This document shows, in pieces, positions 60,403-64,000 of a DNA stretch of 64,000 nt. The DNA is taken from assembly GCA_001776775.1 (NCBI GenBank), contig MFDD01000002.1, positions 309,344 to 373,343 of the forward strand. The letters run 5' to 3'. The position numbers were made by a program, and so were the translations under genes. This DNA comes from Candidatus Daviesbacteria bacterium RIFCSPHIGHO2_02_FULL_43_12 (GTDB taxonomy: Bacteria > Patescibacteriota > Microgenomatia > Daviesbacterales > UBA10151). The notes under the pieces were generated by a model. That model saw only the letters and a list, made by a program, of their open reading frames with translations, was not told the DNA's origin and did not search any database. Positions within the stretch are counted from its first letter, which is position 1. Every line of letters starts with the position of its first letter.

Positions 60403-60416
60403 AGATCATGAAAAAA

Positions 60417-60965
60417 TTAATAGTCAATTCCTTCTTTAGCCAAGATTCCCTGTTGGTAAGGGTGTTTAATTTGGACCATCTCGGTTACCAAATCAGCCAG
60501 TTCAAAAAGCTCTTTTTGGCCATGATGGCCAGTCAGCACTAGATCCATTTGGGTTGGTTTATCTTGGATTAATCTTTTAACTTGCTCAAATTCCACTACC
60601 TTACCGGCAATCGCCCCAACTATCTCATCAGCGACTATAATATCCCATTTTCCAGACACCGCTTCCTTATATAGATATGTATAAGTCGCGTGGGCGGCTT
60701 TAAGATGTTCCTCAAATGGAGCATGGTCATCAAAGATGCCAATAAACCCCAGTCCTCCTTGAACTAACTTGACGTACGGAGAGAGTTTTTTAACCCCTTC
60801 TATCTCCCCGGTAAACCATTGTTTACCAAACTGGACAATTAGAACTTTTTTCTTATACCCCGCTGCCCGAAGCACCAAACCCAAGGCGGCAGTAGTTTTA
60901 CCTTTACCCTCTCCGGTATAGACAATGACTAATCCTTTTTTAGCTTCCTGAAATTTGGATTTCAT
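60417..60965 (-). CDS. cobO: cob(I)alamin adenosyltransferase (CobO/BtuR/PduO-independent CobA type)
   Basis: P-loop-like VIVYTGEGKGKTTAALGL, followed by the conserved DE acidic pair and GHH block (VLTGHHGQ) of CobA-type adenosyltransferases, 182 aa. Confidence 0.75.
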   Translation of the reverse strand: MKSKFQEAKKGLVIVYTGEGKGKTTAALGLVLRAAGYKKKVLIVQFGKQWFTGEIEGVKKLSPYVKLVQGGLGFIGIFDDHAPFEEHLKAAHATYTYLYKEAVSGKWDIIVADEIVGAIAGKVVEFEQVKRLIQDKPTQMDLVLTGHHGQKELFELADLVTEMVQIKHPYQQGILAKEGIDY

Positions 60966-61040
60966 GATCTGTATTATCTACTCTTTGCCATTCTTATGCA
61001 AAGTAGAGTTAAAGCTGAAAGCTGATGGCTGACGATTCGA

Positions 61041-64000
61041 TTAACACTTAGAATAACCACAGGAGTAGCATTTTTGACAGCCTTCTTCCATCACAAAAGT
61101 CGAATTACCACATTCGGGGCAGAGATCCCCGGATTGAGTTTCTCTTGGCGAGAGCGTTAACATCGGCATCTGTTCAGCTATTTCAGGAACAATCACTGGG
61201 TCTACTTCGGTTTTATGAGTCCCCAAACCATTGGTATGCAAGATAGGTTCGCTGTGTGACTCCTGCAAACTAAGCGGGACTTGTTCTGGCTTTTCGGCTT
61301 CGGTAATCGCCATATCTTCGGCTAAAACTTTGGCAATTGCATCAGCCAAACTCATCACCCGGTCTTTACCAAAACCAATATGTGAAGATCCACCAATCCC
61401 CCGCAGCTGCTGAACGATCTTTGTAGCTATCTCTCGGCGATTGTCTCCCGAGTAACGCAAGGTCATCGAGATTAACCTGCCCAAAGCTTCGGCATCAGCC
61501 ATGGTATGAGATCCACCTTTTGCCACAGTGATAAAGACTTCAAAGGGTTGGTCTTTGTCATCCCTGTTGATAGTGATAAACCCTTCTCCCAGAGGGGTGG
61601 TTACTTTGTAAGTTCGACCCCGTAGCACCATCGGCCGATGAACCGGAGCCGGAACAACTGGTTCAACCTTTTTTTCCTTGTCCTCCGCAGCTTTAATGGA
61701 GGGGGATTCAACTCTTTCTAGTACCCCTTGGCGGGAACCGTCGCGCATATAAGTAATACCCTTTAAGCCCACGTCATAGGCGGCCATATACAAACTCTGC
61801 ACATCATCTACAGTATGGTTGTTGGGAGCGTTAACAGTCTTGGAGATCGACGAGTCGATATACTCCTGAGCAATAGCCTGAACCTTAACATGCTCCCAGG
61901 GAGTTAAGTCATTGGCCGACACAAAATAGTCAGGCTTTTGGCTTCCCGGATTGTCTTTACGCCATTGGTCAAAAAGAGGATGATAAATGATCTCCTCTCC
62001 TCCTCTCCAGCGGCGAAGAAATGAAAATTCATAAACTGGCTCGACTCCAGAGCTGACTCCGGAAACCAAGGAAGTAGTACCGGTAGGCGCAATGGTCAAA
62101 AGTACGGCATTGCGGATACCTTGGGTGGCAATTTTTGCCCGGATTGGTTCAGGCAGCTGCTTAATATGATACCCCTGCAAATATTTTTCCTTGTCAAATA
62201 ATGGGAAGGACCCTTTTTCCTTGGCATTATCCGCGGATGCTTCGTAGGCACTGTCTCGAAGAGTCTGGAAGATCTGACGGATTACCGGCTCTGATTCCGG
62301 GGATCCATAGCGTAACTTCATTTTAATCAAAGCATCGGCCAAACCCATGATCCCTAGGCCGGTCCGGCGAATGTTTTTGGCACAGTCTTCGTTTTCAGGA
62401 AAGAAATAATAAGTTTGATCAATCACATTATCCATTAACCGCATGGCCACTTTAACGTCTTGGCCAAAACTTTCAAAATCAAATCTTGCTTCGCCATCAG
62501 GCGAGTGATTTTCCGTAACATAAGCTGATAGATTCATCGCCCCCAAGTTACAAACCGCCCACGGCCCCAACGGCTGCTCTCCACAATTGCCCGTAATACA
62601 ACCATTTATATAAAAGCAGTGTGTCTGATCATAGACCGAAATGTCCCAGACATCTTCTTGAAGAACAGTCTTTTCAACTGCAGTAATCCTTACTAATCCT
62701 GCATCGGCCTCTTTGCGAGATGGATTATATTCAGAAACTATTTTTAGTAAATTCTGTTGTTTCCTATTGTGAGAAAGAGTAAACATTCTCCCAAAATTAA
62801 CTGCATTATATCCATCCATTGAAACATCATACCGTTCATACGTCTTGTAATAGTTCTTCCCATTTGGAAACCTTACATTAGATGCTTCTTCACGACGTAT
62901 ACGAGCTTTAATCCCAAAAAAGCTCAATAAATCTTGTACATCCTCGGCCATCTTTTTATGCTTGGTCGTAAAAACAACGCGTCTGGCATCTTTACTTACA
63001 AATCCATCTGAGCTAAACAGTCCATCTATGAATCCTTCTATAAATTCGGTCCCTGATTGCCAAACGGAACTTGGTATGCCATTTTCCTTTTTATTTATAT
63101 CAAACAAGTTAAATAGGTTTTCAGCAAAGAGAGAGGAGGTTGACTGTATAGTATAGGTGTTATCGCCTGCTCTGGTTAGGGTACTTTTTTCTTTCTTGAG
63201 TTTATTAACTTCTTGAAGAACTGCGTCTGCCAAGGGCTTATCTTCTTCGGAAAAAAGAAAGCCAAACGACAAATCATTTAGTGGCAGTTGTTTTTCCAAT
63301 TGATTACTACTTATGGCCTGATGGGACATTGGTTGATTATCAAGACCATTAATTAATAAGCCTTCACCAGCTGTCATATATACAGGGGAAGATGAAGCAG
63401 CTCTTCTATCCACATGTGTGATCGAACTCAACATGGATTTGCCTCTTTGTGTAATCCATCCGTCACCATATAACCAACCCAACATAAACCCCTGTGCACG
63501 GGATCGTTTTGTGACTGACTCAAATTGGATATGCTCTACCTTCGGAAAAGGTAAGATATTTCCAATTTGCAAGTTATCAGTAGTAACTTTTCCAAAACCT
63601 CCACCAACTGAAAGAGTTGGCCATTTATGTTCAGCTGTGGCATATATTTCCCTGCCATTGTTCAAACTGACTTTGTATAAAGTTTTATTTTTCCCTGAAA
63701 GAAAACACTCAGCCAAGGACCATTCTCCATTTAAGTTTTTTACATAAAACCTTTTTTTATCGAGACTCTCTATTGGAAAGATGCCTTCTTTAGTTAGAAC
63801 TTTAGTGCCAGCTCTCAGTGACGGATTTGTGGCTACCAGTCTCTCAAAATACCAGGTGTTGGAACGGGCATTAGAGCGCTCCAAAAAATGTAGTCCCGGC
63901 TCGGCCGATCTCCAGGCTGCTTCACAGATTAAATCCCAAAGGTATTTAGCCTTGACGGTCTTATAGACCTTAACTGTTCCACCTTGAGCTTTCCAGGAAT
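61041..64000 (-). CDS. nrdJ: adenosylcobalamin-dependent (class II, NrdJ-like) ribonucleotide reductase, interrupted by an intein; N-terminus lies beyond window end
   Basis: The frame is open to position 64000 with no stop. Listed ORF start 63884 (a TTG) is internal. Exteins splice to the active-site motif NP|CGEQPL. The C-extein has SKTVNAP...GLKGITYMRDGSR (a class II hallmark) and a C-terminal CxxC...CxxC zinc ribbon. Confidence 0.8.
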   Translation of the reverse strand, partial: SWKAQGGTVKVYKTVKAKYLWDLICEAAWRSAEPGLHFLERSNARSNTWYFERLVATNPSLRAGTKVLTKEGIFPIESLDKKRFYVKNLNGEWSLAECFLSGKNKTLYKVSLNNGREIYATAEHKWPTLSVGGGFGKVTTDNLQIGNILPFPKVEHIQFESVTKRSRAQGFMLGWLYGDGWITQRGKSMLSSITHVDRRAASSSPVYMTAGEGLLINGLDNQPMSHQAISSNQLEKQLPLNDLSFGFLFSEEDKPLADAVLQEVNKLKKEKSTLTRAGDNTYTIQSTSSLFAENLFNLFDINKKENGIPSSVWQSGTEFIEGFIDGLFSSDGFVSKDARRVVFTTKHKKMAEDVQDLLSFFGIKARIRREEASNVRFPNGKNYYKTYERYDVSMDGYNAVNFGRMFTLSHNRKQQNLLKIVSEYNPSRKEADAGLVRITAVEKTVLQEDVWDISVYDQTHCFYINGCITGNCGEQPLGPWAVCNLGAMNLSAYVTENHSPDGEARFDFESFGQDVKVAMRLMDNVIDQTYYFFPENEDCAKNIRRTGLGIMGLADALIKMKLRYGSPESEPVIRQIFQTLRDSAYEASADNAKEKGSFPLFDKEKYLQGYHIKQLPEPIRAKIATQGIRNAVLLTIAPTGTTSLVSGVSSGVEPVYEFSFLRRWRGGEEIIYHPLFDQWRKDNPGSQKPDYFVSANDLTPWEHVKVQAIAQEYIDSSISKTVNAPNNHTVDDVQSLYMAAYDVGLKGITYMRDGSRQGVLERVESPSIKAAEDKEKKVEPVVPAPVHRPMVLRGRTYKVTTPLGEGFITINRDDKDQPFEVFITVAKGGSHTMADAEALGRLISMTLRYSGDNRREIATKIVQQLRGIGGSSHIGFGKDRVMSLADAIAKVLAEDMAITEAEKPEQVPLSLQESHSEPILHTNGLGTHKTEVDPVIVPEIAEQMPMLTLSPRETQSGDLCPECGNSTFVMEEGCQKCYSCGYSKC
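62586..63821 (-). mobile_element. intein (412 aa) with LAGLIDADG homing-endonuclease domain inserted at the RNR NPCGE active site
   Basis: Starts with S (NP|SLRAGTKVLTKEG, block A-like). Two LAGLIDADG motifs (LGWLYGDGW and EGFIDGLFSSDG). C-terminal block VYDQTHCFYINGCITGN followed by the +1 Cys of CGEQ. Confidence 0.8.

Noticed and set aside
63781-63966. 61-aa plus-strand ORF and a TTG 'start' at 63884 at the window edge.
   Set aside because: Both lie within the RNR N-extein reading frame, which stays open on the minus strand to nt 64000. The TTG is an internal codon, not the true start.
1-64000. An alternative genetic code (UGA sense), as used by some candidate-phyla lineages.
   Set aside because: Genes terminate at TGA (ruvC, the 401-aa gene, tsaE). 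Long ORFs are intact under the standard code, and RF2 (which reads UGA) is encoded.

Overview
This window is a gene-dense bacterial stretch read with the standard genetic code. TGA stops and ATGA start/stop overlaps occur throughout, and RF2 (prfB) is present. GC content is mosaic, with roughly 45-55% GC housekeeping genes interrupted by blocks of about 27-38% GC that encode polytopic membrane proteins. The streamlined gene set suggests a reduced, possibly Patescibacteria/CPR-like genome, though that is only an inference. That gene set includes a 101-aa TsaB, a receiver-only response regulator, an intein-bearing B12-type RNR and many surface-glycan genes.

Recognisable content, in order along the window:
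- A surface-sugar cluster: gmd N-terminus, rfbD, a cupin epimerase, a GT-C membrane glycosyltransferase, rfbB and rfbA.
- A CAP-domain protein, a short tsaB and a histidine phosphatase.
- A MarR-regulated HlyD/MacB-like split ABC efflux operon with an almost consensus sigma70-type promoter and palindromic operator.
- ruvCAB, then hemolysin-III, ahcY and a PfkB kinase.
- prfB (no frameshift), ftsE, ftsX and a coiled-coil M23 peptidase.
- An FN3-like surface protein, tsaE, a (CGACTGA)6 heptamer microsatellite and dgkA.
- A LytR_C protein, and an AT-rich island holding a Glf-like flavoprotein plus two GT-C membrane proteins.
- A secA-led operon of two ~1000-aa paralogous membrane proteins flanking a GT-C-like permease.
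- serS, an HD protein, lysS and greA.
- A 788-aa orphan protein, tRNA-Glu(CUC) followed by an iteron-like palindrome array and an NYN-domain gene remnant, and a GT2.
- A PAS/HAMP histidine kinase with a receiver-only regulator, ppa, a PQQ sugar dehydrogenase and lon.
- A 1249-aa orphan protein, a cob(I)alamin adenosyltransferase, and a class II (AdoCbl-type) ribonucleotide reductase interrupted at the NPCGE active site by a LAGLIDADG intein; this gene runs off the window end.

The most novel-looking feature is the secA-linked paralog operon at 28784-36488. Its two giant proteins share an invariant GCNC[DE]xC motif and no domain I can name.
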